Of a stretch of DNA of 64,000 nucleotides, positions 38,396 to 50,170 are shown piece after piece. The DNA comes from Octopus sinensis (Eukaryota): assembly GCF_006345805.1 (NCBI RefSeq), contig NC_043019.1:15623360-15687359 (forward strand), given 5' to 3'. Each line of letters begins with the position of its first letter. Within the stretch, counting starts at the first letter, position 1. Below the pieces are notes generated by a model, which saw nothing but the letters and a program-made list of their open reading frames with translations, did not search any database and was not told the DNA's origin. Both the position numbers and the translations under genes were made by a program.

Positions 38396-39680
38396 GTATA
38401 TGATGAACTTTTATACAGTTTCTGTCTTCTCAGTCTCAAGGCATTGGTCAGTCTGAGACTATAGTACATGGTGCTGTACATTGGGTCTGAACCTGAAACC
38501 ACGTGATTGCAAGGTGAACTTCTTAACCACATACTTATGCTTGTGTGTGCCTGAATGGGTTTTTTCTTCCTGAAATATCACTCCCATCATACATACAGTC
38601 ATGATTCTATTCTGAAATCTCATATATTTGCATGGTTGTATCATGTCAAAAATTCCCACTCCCCTTTGGTTCCTGAAAAATTATGATATTGGAGTCTAAT
38701 AAAACTCGGGCATGAGTAGGCTGGCGATAAGTGAAAATTCATGTTTACTTTGATGCCTATATGAACCTTCATTTATGTAATTGCTCTGTTTATATAGTGA
38801 TTAGAATTTATTATTTTATATACACATACACACACATGCACACGTACTCATACAGACACGTAGGCAGTAGGCAAGTATGTTTTCTAAGAAAATAGATGTT
38901 CATATAGATAATTAGTTTCCTGGTTAGATATAAAAATTACATGATATTTGATTAAGTATTCCTAAACCTTGGACCTTCGCAGTCAGATGTTTAGGTACTT
39001 AATATGGAACTTATTTGTAATTTATATCTATATTATCAACAACAGTGTTGTCAGTTATAGGTTTCCTTATCTCTACATCTATGATGGAGACAGTGACTAG
39101 GGAATGTCTGTGTCTTATTGGCAGAAAAAATACCACAAGGTATTTTCCTTTGGGAGGAATACTAGCATATTGGTTTTTTCAGTGATGTTTTGGTGGTAAC
39201 CTTAATTCATGACTTTGGTGGACACCACTGCATAACCTCCATGGCCCTTGGGTACCCCTTAGTGGAGTCTACCCTTCACCGTTGTATATCTGTCTCTCTT
39301 TCTCCTTTACTTTCTCTTGTTGCTCACACATGACCATTGTCCACCTTTCTTTTCCTCATGTGCTCATCTTTCTTTTCTTTCCGAGCTGTCCTAAAGACTG
39401 GATGTATCCTGTCTCTCTCTTCTATCTTTTCTCTTGTCAAAGAAAATATTTCTTCAGCATTTGCCATTTTACCCTCATTCTGGTCTAACGACCCTCTATG
39501 TTTGTTTTCCTTCAGTTTCTTTGTATGTCTCCGCTGTCCTGTTTTTGTTCCCAACTTTAACCCTCCATAAATCCCAAATTTTATTTTGGTACATATAGGA
39601 GCAACTGTCTTCAAAGACTCATATTGTCGTTCAGTGCTCGAAATGGTTGTTTACTGTTGGTGATGTCCTGTACCCATATA

Positions 39681-39682
<2 letters not shown>

Positions 39683-39744
<62 letters not shown>
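39683..39744. repeat. (TA)n microsatellite
   Basis: Read directly. Confidence 0.95.
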
Positions 39745-39745
<1 letters not shown>

Positions 39746-39950
39746 GTTAATCCAAACAAGAAAGCACAAAAAAACACAACAACGCAAGGACGTGGAACAA
39801 ATATAGTATTATTGGACGCTCAGGAAAGAAGGAGGGTTTAACATTTTGAGCGGAGCTCTTCATCGGAAACATAGAAGGAAAGATCCAGAGAAGGGCAGAC
39901 AGAGGAAAAAAAATCGCCAATGGTACACATGTGGTCACATATATATACAC
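39745..39950 (-). mobile_element. Penelope-like element terminal relic
   Basis: Between (TA)n tracts; contains a hammerhead-like motif. Confidence 0.55.
39836..39870 (-). ncRNA. Decayed minimal type I hammerhead ribozyme
   Basis: Minus strand GTTT-CCGATGA-A-GAGC-TCC-GCTC-AAAAT-GTT-AAAC. Stem I (GTTT/AAAC) and stem II (GAGC/GCTC) are perfect; CGAAACG has decayed to CAAAATG by two CpG-type transitions. Confidence 0.65.
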
Positions 39951-39953
39951 ATT

Positions 39954-39986
<33 letters not shown>

Positions 39987-42967
39987 ACATATATATACAC
40001 ATGCACATATATATACATATACACACACATACATACACAAACACACACACATACACACACACACACACACATATAAGGTTGATGCAAAAAGGCATCAAAA
40101 TTTTTTTTTCAATTTACAGGGAGACGCCTTCCTATTCTATTCATATTCCTAAGAAAGCATTGTATGCGAAATTTGGGGTTGAAAAAGAGAAAATTAGAGG
40201 TTGCTACCAAGCTTTAAGAATAAATATATATCAGTTTGTGCTCAAAAATATTATTTTGTTGATATTTTCGCTGGAATGGGCTTGATATGTACTTAGTTAA
40301 CCTAGTTTCAAACAAAAAACCGATGACATTCTAGGCTATAGTACGTAGTGAGATACAGTGTATGTCATGTTAGATTTTTTTTATGTGGAAGTTTCCCCCC
40401 AGTATTCCCCCTGAATTGGATGCCAATCCATTGCAGTGTTTACTCATTCACAGCTGAGTGGACTGGAGCAGCATAAAATGAGGTGTTTTACTCAAGAATC
40501 CAATGCACTGCCTGGCCTGGGAATTGAAGCCACAATCTTGCAATCTTGAGTGCAACTTCCTAGCTACCAAGCTCCAAACCTTCACTCACACACAAGATTC
40601 TGTACAGTTTTTATTTGTTCCACTGAGGTTGACTTTGCCTGTCATCCTTCTAGGGTTGATAAATTAAGTATCAGTCAAATACTCAGGGTCGATGTAACTG
40701 ACTTAATCCCTCGCACCAAATTTCAGGCCTTGTGCCTATAGTAGAAAGGATTTTTATTATTATTAATGTGCCAAGCTGGCAGAATTGTTAGCTCACAGTA
40801 CAAAATGCTTAGCAGTATTTCATCCATCTTTACATTCTAAGTTCAAATTCCAGCAAGGTTGACGTTGCCTTTCATTTTTTTTTGAGGTTGATAAAATAAG
40901 CACCAGTGGAGCACTGGTATTCTTAGGTTGAAAAATTTGTAATTCTTTGGAGTGTTTTTGCTAGATTTATTTTGCCTCTTATTGATTTTAAGAACATCAA
41001 TGCACAGTTAATATAAGGTCATTAATGTTATATAATATATTGTATTGTATTCAAGACTAATTATTTCTCATATTTGTGGTAGTAATTGGGATGATAAATT
41101 GGTATGGATGGGGTTAATAAGGGCATCCAGCTGTAAGAACCCTGCCAAAACAGACAGTGAAGCCTAGTGCAGTCTTCTGCCTAGCCAGCCCCTGTCAAAC
41201 TGTCTAACCCATGCCATCTTGAAAAATGGACATTAAATAATGATGATGATGAAGCAGGGGGGCAGTTAATGTAGGAAAACGTGAAGAAACACGTGTCGAA
41301 AGCCCTTGAAGGCATTGCTCCAGTATGGCTGCAATCAAATGAGGAAAACCTATAAATGAATAACAGAATGATTACAGGTGTTTGCTACACCGTATCATTA
41401 TCACCCGCTTGAGATATGAGAGAGTAATGTTGATTATCTGTGTAAATTGCTATAAATAGAAGAGCAGGTAGAAAGGTTTGCGTTGTTATCAGAGAGCAAA
41501 AATGTCTGTGTTGTTAGTAATAACAGGCTAAATACAAACACGGAAATGCTCTTCTTCTTTTCCTTTAGTCGATACCCCCAAATTATTTATCTTTGTATGT
41601 GTGTGTGTGGGTTTTCTTTAACCCTTTCACTACCAACTCATCTGAGAGTAACTCTGTTTTGAAGTATTCACCATCATCATGTCCATTTTTGTCCATTTTT
41701 TTCAATTCTTGCATGAGTCAGAGCTTACTGAGGCTGATTTTATACAGCTGGATGCTCTTCCTGTTGCCAACCCTCATCTGTTTCCCAGCAAGGTAATATT
41801 TTCCCCTGGCCGGACACATTTTCACAGAATATTAGAAATGAATGACACTGCTTGTATGACAGTGACACTCATTTACAACTGTTGAGTGATGTCAAGACAC
41901 AGATGCAAACATATAAACACCCATACATATATCCATACACGTACAACAAGCTTCCATCTATCAAATTCACTCACGAGACCTTGTTTGGCTTGGGGCCATA
42001 ATAGAAGACACTTGCCCAAGGTGCTACACAGTGGGACTGAACCCAAAACCATGTGCTTTGGGAGCAGATGTCTTAACTCCACAGCCACACCTGTGCTTGT
42101 AGGTCCTAGCTATACCTGCTTATGTTTAAACTTGGAATCTCTCTCCATAATTCCATGTAAAGACCTCTTATTTAGTTACGTTCCAAAATATCAGGTTAAA
42201 AATTACAAAGTAGTACAACTAAATCCTTTTAAGTTGTTGATTATTTTCAAAATTAATTGGAGCTCAGTGGCATATTCATCATCAGTGTGACCACAAAACG
42301 GTTTAATGTGATCAGGCATTGAAGTAAGTTTGATCTTTTATCAAATACATGTTTCAGTCGTTATGTTGCAGACATACCGGGGAATTGCCTTTCAGGGTTT
42401 TCGTTGAATAGATTGTCCCTGGTATTTATCTTTCATGTTCAATATTTATTCTGTCAATATCTTTTGCCCAGCCACTAAGTTATGATGATGTAAACAAACC
42501 AACACTGGTTGTCATGTTTTGTGTGGGATAAGCACAAGACACACCCACTTATAAATGTGTGTGTGTGTGTATGATGAGCTTCCATACAGTTTTCGTCTAC
42601 CAAAATTCACTCACATGCCATTGGTCATCCTAGGGCAATAGTAGAAGTCACTTGCCCCAGATGGTGTACAGTAGGACTGAACCTGAAAGCACTTGTCCCA
42701 AAGCGAGCGTCTTAACCACATGGCCATGTTTGTGCCTGGGCCTGCAGAGAGGGAGAGAGAGAGAGATGCTAAGGGGATTTGAACTCCTGACCACATACTC
42801 TCATTACTGCTTTCAATACCAACCCTATATGGGTTGACTAAGCATGGGATGAAACATTTTGTCTTGTTTGTTCTGGTTCACTGTGCTCCAAGTTCAAATC
42901 CTACCCAGGGTAAACTCTGGTTTCAGCTGTCGTAGCTGTCTGGTGGCTTTCTTCTGTTGTTTGGATT

Positions 42968-43210
42968 CTAAGCCAATCTTTTGCAAGAAATAGCACACCA
43001 ATCTTGCTGGAAAACTGCACCATTCAGTTCAATAGGGGGTGAGGCTGTGTGCCATCCTTTGACAAGAACCTCATCAAGCAAAGCCTGGTATTTGGCTTTC
43101 TTCTGTTGGTGAGAAATGTCAAATCTGTTCTCCCAGGGCATTCTGAGTTCAGCCACGATAAATGTTTTTGTGCTCCTTAATATCATAAACATATTTTCTG
43201 CCACAACACA
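42968..43210 (-). mobile_element. HERO-like non-LTR retrotransposon fragment (restriction-like endonuclease)
   Basis: FIVAELRMPWENRFDISHQQKKAKYQALLDEVLVKGW matches the ELTVPWE..EEAHERK..KY..L...C...GW pattern. Confidence 0.7.
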
Positions 43211-43946
43211 TCAACACAAGATAAATTGACCTTTAACAGGAGAAGTAAAAAAACAAAACAAAGAGAAAATCTGTTTTGCTTCAGTTTTGTCTATTTCTTA
43301 CATTATGTAGCATTGACCTCTCTGCCTCCCACTCTCTTCTCCCCCCCCTCTCTCTTGTTGCCTCTTTTCTCCTATCTCTGCTATTGCTAATACTCTTCTA
43401 TTATATCTAGTATAAATGGCTCCCACCTCGTCTCTCTCTCTTTCCAGCCAGTGAGTGAGTTAATAAATCAGTTCATCTGAACCGTTTGTGTAGTTCAGTG
43501 CCCCCACTTTTACTGGATGATCTTTTGCAAACACCCCTTCTCTGACCTCCTCATGCGGTTGCTGGGATATTCCCCTGAAGAGTTTAGTGAGGAAAAAATT
43601 GACCCCAGTGTTTATTCTTTTTATGTCTAATACTTATTTATTCTGTCAGTCGCTTTTGCTGAACTGCTAAGTTATTACTATGTAAACAACACCAGTTGTG
43701 AAACAGTAATGAGTGGCAAACATGGGCACAAAGACCCACACACGATGGGCTTCGACACAGTTTTTGTCAGCAAAATTCACACACAAAGCATATCATCAAC
43801 TCACAGCTATAGTAGAAGACCCTTGCCCAAAGTACTGTGCAGTGGAACTGAACTTGAAACCATGCGGTTGCAAAGCAAACTTTCAAACCAGACAGCCATC
43901 CCTGCACTTAAATGTTAATGAAGTTGTGTTTAAAATATAAATATTG

Positions 43947-44062
43947 TGGCACCTTGGGCAAGTGTCTTCTACTATAGCCGACCAAAGCCTTGTGAGTGGA
44001 TTTGGTAGACGGAAACTGAAAGAAGCCCTTCGTATACATGTGTATGTGTGTGTGTATATATG

Positions 44063-44099
<37 letters not shown>

Positions 44100-44351
44100 A
44101 TATATGTGTGTGTGTGTGTATATATATGTGTGTGTGTGTGTATATATATGTATATATATATGTGGTGTGTGTGTATATATATGTAATATATATATATAAT
44201 ATATATGTGTGTGTGTGTGTATATATGTGTGTGTGTGTGTGTATATATATGTGTGTGTGTGGTGTGTATATATGTATATATATATGTGTGTGTGTGTGTG
44301 TATATATATGTATATATATATATATATATTGTGTGTGTGTGTGTGTGTATA

Positions 44352-44390
<39 letters not shown>

Positions 44391-44490
44391 ATATGTGTTT
44401 GTGTGGCTGTGTTTGTCCCCCAGCATTGCTTGACAACCAATGCTTGTGTGTTTACATCCCCGTAACTTAGCAGTTCAGCAAAAGAGACCA
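43947..44490 (+). mobile_element. Family C SINE with a ~360 bp expanded internal (TA)/(TG) array
   Basis: Well-conserved CpG-retaining head and tail around 44040-44400; source of the many spurious ORFs at 43883-44491. Confidence 0.88.
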
Positions 44491-45230
44491 ATAGAATAAG
44501 TCCTGGGGTCGATTTGCTCGACTAAAGAGTAAAAGAGTATTGTACCTAGTCTGAATATTCCATTTGTAAGAAAATCCACTATTCCTCTAAACACTCAACA
44601 CCCACTGGGTATTTTTGTGTGCTCTCAATACCACATGGGGTGTTACTACCCAAGTCAAAACCCCCTGTTGCTTGACCCACTAGAAATAGCAGCCAAATAG
44701 CTATCGTGAAACTCTGCTAGTAATTTTTTTTTTTTCAGTGTATCAATAATGTGTTTTATCTGGATAAAAGATGGGATGGTCATAACTGGAATGTCTTTGA
44801 TTATATGTCAGCTATATCAAGATTGTTGTATTATTTCTTTTTCCCATCCTGGTTTAGGTTCAATGACTACATCTCTTTGTATGTGAAGCTGTGGTATAGC
44901 TGGATGTTGGTGGTGATTGTGGTGGTGGTGGGGGGAAGGTCAGTCTACCTTAGGCAACTCTTCAAGGGTGGAGGTGGCTCACCTTGGGCAATGCTTTTAT
45001 GAGAGTGGCACACACTCTAGCTGTGCCACTGATGTCTAGAACTATACCATGACATGTGTCCTTCCATTTTTAAAACAGTAGGGTATCATTTGAGGGTGAT
45101 TTGGCTGTCATTTTTTGCAGGTTAATCAGCAGTGTAGAGGCTCTCTCTCATTGTCTTGTTCATTTATTGACGATATTGAGCTGATGTTTGGAACGTAACT
45201 GAAGCAAAGTTTGCAACATACTTATGATTA

Positions 45231-45679
45231 GCCCTTTGTATTCAGATTACTCTGTCGAGTGTAATATATATTTATTTATAGTGTTTTGAATTTAAACATG
45301 CATTATCTTGTAGCTTCAAGATTTCAATGATGTCACTGTTTATTTACATTGTCCCAGTCTGTTCAGCTGGCAAAAATGAGTTGTACCTGGATTTCAAAAG
45401 GCCAGCCTTGTCACATTCAGTGCATGACACTGAATCTCTCTTAGAATTATGTTAACGGCGCATGTGTTTGCGGGGTGCTCAGCCATTTGTGCATTAATTT
45501 CATGTGCTGGTTGATCCATTGATCAGATCAACTGGAACCCTCATCGTCGTAACCAATGGAGTGCTTATGTAAGAATGACATTGTAGGATAGGTGTGAGAG
45601 GCTGGCTCTAGTTGGTTTAAATGTAAACCGATAGAATATTTTGGGCTGGATCTGGCCAGTTTAAATGCTAAAGTGTTAA
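45231..45679. mobile_element. piggyBac-type MITE with a nested family D SINE fragment
   Basis: ttag-CCCTTTGTATTCAG...aaatgctaaagtg-ttaa; reverse-complement homologue at 1290-1513. Confidence 0.55.
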
Positions 45680-46451
45680 GTAGTTATCAAAGAACCAGAG
45701 GCATTTTCAGGTGGGTTGGATTGATATCAGAAGGGTTAATCAGCAGACGTTCCAGTTTTAATTTTTTAAGTTCTGTGTACAGTTCTCATTTCATGTATTT
45801 CCTGTTTGCACATCTAATGTTAATTATCTCCGTTTGAGTGTGTGCTTGCAATGCTGTAGTAATACTTTTCGTACATCTCTCAAATAGCTTACCTTTCACT
45901 AAATCAATCCGTTTCTTTCTCCTTCATCACATACTAATGATAGACATTACTGGAACCAATTTTGGATTGATGACTAGAAGAACTGGAGCACCGACAGAAC
46001 TTAAATCATGTATTTCTCTTCTCTCTCTCCCTTTCTCTCTCTCTCTCTCTCTAATTCTTTCTTACAACCTCTAATCTCATTTGCATTAAAATCTTTACAG
46101 TTAATTCCTAATCACATACTAATATTTCTACCGTTGTCCATATTATAACATATCAAAAATGTGGAAATAATCACAAAAATACAAAAAAAAAAACAAGCAT
46201 AAAAAAAGCCCACAAACCATTTTGCAAAAACAAAAATAAATGGTAAAACAGAGATTGAAACTGGAAACTGAAGCTGTTAAGAATGTCTGTGGAGTCTTGC
46301 ATCTTAATTCCATGAATTCTGCATTTGGCTTTAATAATCTGTTTCATTAATTAATGTAACTTGAAACATAAGCTGTTGCGGAAGTGTCACTGTCCTACAA
46401 AATGTCTTATGCGGTTTAACTAGCATCTGTTAACATGTACTTTAAGATCAA

Positions 46452-46463
46452 ATGAAGAAGCCT
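46452..46463 (+). CDS. Possible alternative first coding exon (MKKP) splicing in phase 0 to exon C
   Basis: ATGAAGAAGCCT|gtaagt with an in-frame TAA just upstream. Preceded by ~350 bp of unique, A-rich, UTR-like sequence; 1.3 kb upstream of exon C. Confidence 0.3.
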
Positions 46464-46690
46464 GTAAGTGGTTGCATGGACTTCTAGAAATAGCTACCAT
46501 GTCTTCCTTGAATTACACTCTACTGACTTGAAATGAGAGAAATGTGTTGGATAATGCAGAATGAGGCGATTGGGTGCAGCTGTTTTGATGGTGATGATTT
46601 GGCACAGCTGACGGGTTTGGCAATTGTACTTTTTGGCACTGGAGCAAACACACGCACAGAAATATACACATAGAGGTAGAGCAGGAAAAG

Positions 46691-46728
<38 letters not shown>

Positions 46729-47224
46729 CAGAGACAGAGAGATGTTGCAGTCTATTAATTGAACACAATTGACATAAACACTTTGCCTCTCTTCATACAC
46801 ACAATTTTACATAGACAGAATTTTAGTTGACTGAATTGACCCCAGTACTTAATTTTTTTTTTAAGCCTGGTTTTAATTATATCAGTTTCTTTTGCCAAAC
46901 TGCTAAGTTATGGGAGCAGAAACAGCTCAACACTGGTTGTTGAATAGTGGGGAGGGTCAAACACCTGCACACACACACACACACACATACACACACACAT
47001 GAGTTTTCTTTCAGTTTTCATCTACCAAATCCATTCATGTGGCTTTTGTCAGCCTGAGGCTATAGTATAAAAACACTTGTCCAAGATGCCATTAAGTGGG
47101 ACTGAACCCAGAACAATGTGGTTAGGAAGCAGATTCCTTTTGAATACAGTTCATATTCTACAAGTCAACCACATTTTACTGCAGTAAAATCTTAGTAGTT
47201 GTTTCACTGTGTCATTGTTTTATT

Positions 47225-47600
47225 AAGTTGCTGTTTAACCCCAGGTTCTCTCTGGTTGAGCAGACGAGTAAGTGATCAGTAGTATTCAGCTCATTCTGTT
47301 TTTTAGAGATATCTCAGATGACTTTCATCAACATGTCCTTCTCTTTTTCAAGATGGTAGTGCGTAATTTTAAGGAGATTTGACTGCTGTTTTTTTACTGC
47401 AGTCAAATCTCTACATCATGCTTGGTTGACCAGATACACCATTAGAAGCATTTGGGACCATTTTATCCTCTTAGAGCTTTCTCAGATGACATTAACATCT
47501 GTATTTTGCCTTTCTTCAAGATGGCAGTTTTTGATTTGAGAGAGATCTGACTGCTGTTTCTAACAGGTTGAACAACCACATACAACAGACTTCTTCATTA
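47225..47600 (+). repeat. Unclassified interspersed repeat (family G), partly duplicated
   Basis: gttgctgtttaaccccagg head and ttgagggagatttggctgctatttctagcagg-type tail. Copies at ~4105, 51590, 56640 and 57060; reverse at ~33360 and 44680. Confidence 0.65.
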
Positions 47601-47772
47601 ACTCATGTCTTTATTAATTATTTCAAGTAGGCAAATTTGCTCTGTTTCTGATCTTTATTTGTTTAGCTGATGAGAAAATTTGAAAATCTTTTCCTTTGTG
47701 TCACTAAAAAAAAAAGGTTGGGTTAACCTTGTTGAATATATGTTATTAATATATTGTTGTTTTCCATTGTAG

Positions 47773-47900
47773 AGCCTGGATTCTGGTGGACCTGTCAGCA
47801 GGAAGCAATGGCACCAGTTAAAGCATGTCTACGACAGTTCAATGAAACATATTTATGACAGTATCGAATTGGTACCATCAAGTGTAGCAGAGGCCAGTAG
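47773..47900 (+). CDS. Internal coding exon C (SLDSGGPVSRKQWHQLKHVYDSSMKHIYDSIELVPSSVAEAS, phase 0 to 2)
   Basis: Acceptor ttgtttttccattgtag| and donor TAG|gtaagt. 128 nt; only one frame is open. KHVYDS/KHIYDS peptide repeat has synonymous differences. Confidence 0.75.
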
Positions 47901-49212
47901 GTAAGTGAATGTTCCATTGTGGTCTCAGATAGTTCCACCTTTATTGGTCTTCTTTACCTTTCGTCTTTCAGAAATCACTGAAATATTTCCTGTGGGCAGA
48001 GATCAGAGAAAATATTGTGCTGCATTCCATTGCATTTTTTTACATTCTGAGCTCAAACCTTGTGAATAACAGCTTCACTTTTTATCTTCTGTGGTCAGTA
48101 AAATAAAGTACTAATCAAGTTTTGGGATGTGATGACCTCACCAGTCCCCGTGCCATGTAAAAAGCACCCATTCCACTCTCTAGAGTGGTTGGCATTAAGA
48201 AGAGCATCCAGCTGTAAAAACCATACTAGAGCTGAAAGTGGAGCTTCGTGCAGTCTCCAGGCTTGCCAGTTCCTATCAAACCATCCAACTCATGCCAGCA
48301 TTGAAGACAGACATTAAATGATGATGATGTATGTATACACACACATTGGATACTATGTCCCTTCCCTCTGACCTTGTTTCCATGATAAAAACCATTATAG
48401 TTGATTGAAACCTTTCAAGGTGGTGCTCCAGCCTGACCAGAGTCTAATGGCTAAAACAAGTTAAAAACCATAAAAGACGGAAAAGTCGGTAATGGTTGTT
48501 TCTTGATTTTCTGGCTGTCCTCGTGTTCTTTAATGTACTCAATATGTTTGTTAAAGTGTAACTCTAACACAATAACTGCAATGGTTCAGTTAGTAACAAA
48601 TGATTTAGTAAGTGTTATTGAGTTAAATCAATTCATTATTCATGGTTGGGGCCCGATTCACCAATCAAAGAGAGATTTTGTAACTTTTGTGAAGATACTA
48701 ACCCACCTGAAACCACTTTTGGTTCTCCAAGCAAGAAAATGAAGAGTAATTTTCTCATTCTAACATTTTCATATTTATATGAAACCTCTCCTCTTCTATC
48801 ATTATATACAATAATAATAATCATTATCATCATTTGATGTCTGAATTCTATGCTGGCATGGATTGGACAGTTTGGTAGGATCTGACTGGCCAGAGGCCTG
48901 CATGAGGCTCCCATGTCTGCACTGGCAAGATTTCTATGGCTGGATGCTCCTTCTAACACCTACCACTTAACAGGGTGTACTGGGTGATTTTATCATGCCA
49001 CCAGCATGAATGAGACCCCCAAGTAAGTTGCAGGACCAGACCTCCACCCTTGAGATAGTGGGGATGCAGAATTGAAGGAGGTAACAAATGTCTTGTGGTA
49101 GAAAAGGGACAAATGATTGTGGAAAAGAGGTGTCAGGGCATAAATTCAAGGTGCAAGAAGGTCCCTAGTTAATCATGTTCCTTATACCAGCTTAGTATTA
49201 ATTATCAGTGTA

Positions 49213-49645
49213 AGGCAGCAAGCTGGCAGAAATGTTAGCATGCTGAGTAAAAATGCTTAGTGGCATTTCATCTATCTTTACTGTCTGAGTTCAAATTCCA
49301 CCCAGGGCAGCTTTGCCTTTCATCCTTTTGGGGGTTGATAAAATAGGTACCAGTTGAGCTCTGGGGTCAATGTAATTAATTTGCCTTGTATGCCGAAATT
49401 GCTGGTCTTGTGCCAAAACTTAAAACCAAAATAATTCTTTTCTACTATAGGCACAAGGCCTGAAATTTGGTTGGGGGGAAATGGATAGCCAATTACATTA
49501 ACCCCAGTGTTCAACTGGTACTTATTTTATTGACCCTGAAAGGATGAAAGGCAAAGTCGACCCCCAACAGCATTTGAATGCAGAATGTAAAGACGGATGA
49601 AATACCCCAACAGTATTTCACCTGGCATTCTAATGATTCTACCTG
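49213..49645. mobile_element. Tail-to-tail inverted pair of family B SINEs
   Basis: + copy 49213-49430 directly abuts - copy 49432-49645. Confidence 0.85.
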
Positions 49646-50170
49646 TTACTTCTCTCACTCATTGTCATCACATATCATCCACTCTCAAAAGATGGAATAT
49701 CAAGGATCACCAACTTGGTCTTTCTTGTACTGCCTTTATTTATTCAAAGTTTGTCCAATTCTTGATATCGTTCATCCATATAATTTTTGATTTCTTTTCT
49801 CTTTCCCCCATTCATTTTGCTTTCTATAAACAGTCTCTGTAAACCATTTTTTTTTTTTACTAATTAAATGTCTGAAATATTTCAGTTTTCTCTCTTTGTT
49901 GGTATCTAATAAAATGTTCTTAGTTTTTGGTATTCTTAGTACTTCATCATTGATTTTTGTGTTCTGTCCATAATATTCTTAAATGTCTTCTGTGTGTCCA
50001 CATCTCAAAGACCTGTAATCTATACACTGGTACTTTTTGTTAATGTCAATGTTTTAGATCTATGTAGTACAGTAGACCATACATAATACTTTAATAATCT
50101 TTTTTTCTTTTTGTAATATTAATGATTTTTGATGTTAGTACAGTTTAATACCAGCATCAAATGTTTTTAT
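49640..50170 (-). mobile_element. Decayed RTE/BovB-like LINE 3' fragment
   Basis: KRLLKYYVWSTVLH...TLT and WMNDIKNWT...AVQERPSW. Confidence 0.6.

Noticed and set aside
39060-39140. Exon-like segment ttatag|...CAAG|gtattt
   Set aside because: Weak splice sites; its only open frame does not fit between exons B and C.
40120-40200. Strong acceptor ttttttcaatttacag| with a short open frame
   Set aside because: No convincing donor; lies next to mobile-element relics.
43411-43475. TATAAA plus TCAGTT as a core promoter
   Set aside because: Spacing is ~55 bp rather than ~30 bp, and such motifs are common in AT-rich DNA.
43883-44491. Stack of 70-200 aa ORFs rich in Y/I/H/T or C/V
   Set aside because: Dinucleotide array inside a family C SINE. 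The same applies to ORFs near 9.2-9.4, 10.1-10.4, 33.7-34.8 and 39.8-40.2 kb.
47665-47695. CTGATGA...GAAA as a hammerhead ribozyme
   Set aside because: Stems I and II cannot form. The same holds for the hit at ~32747 and the CTGATGA motifs in the foldback.
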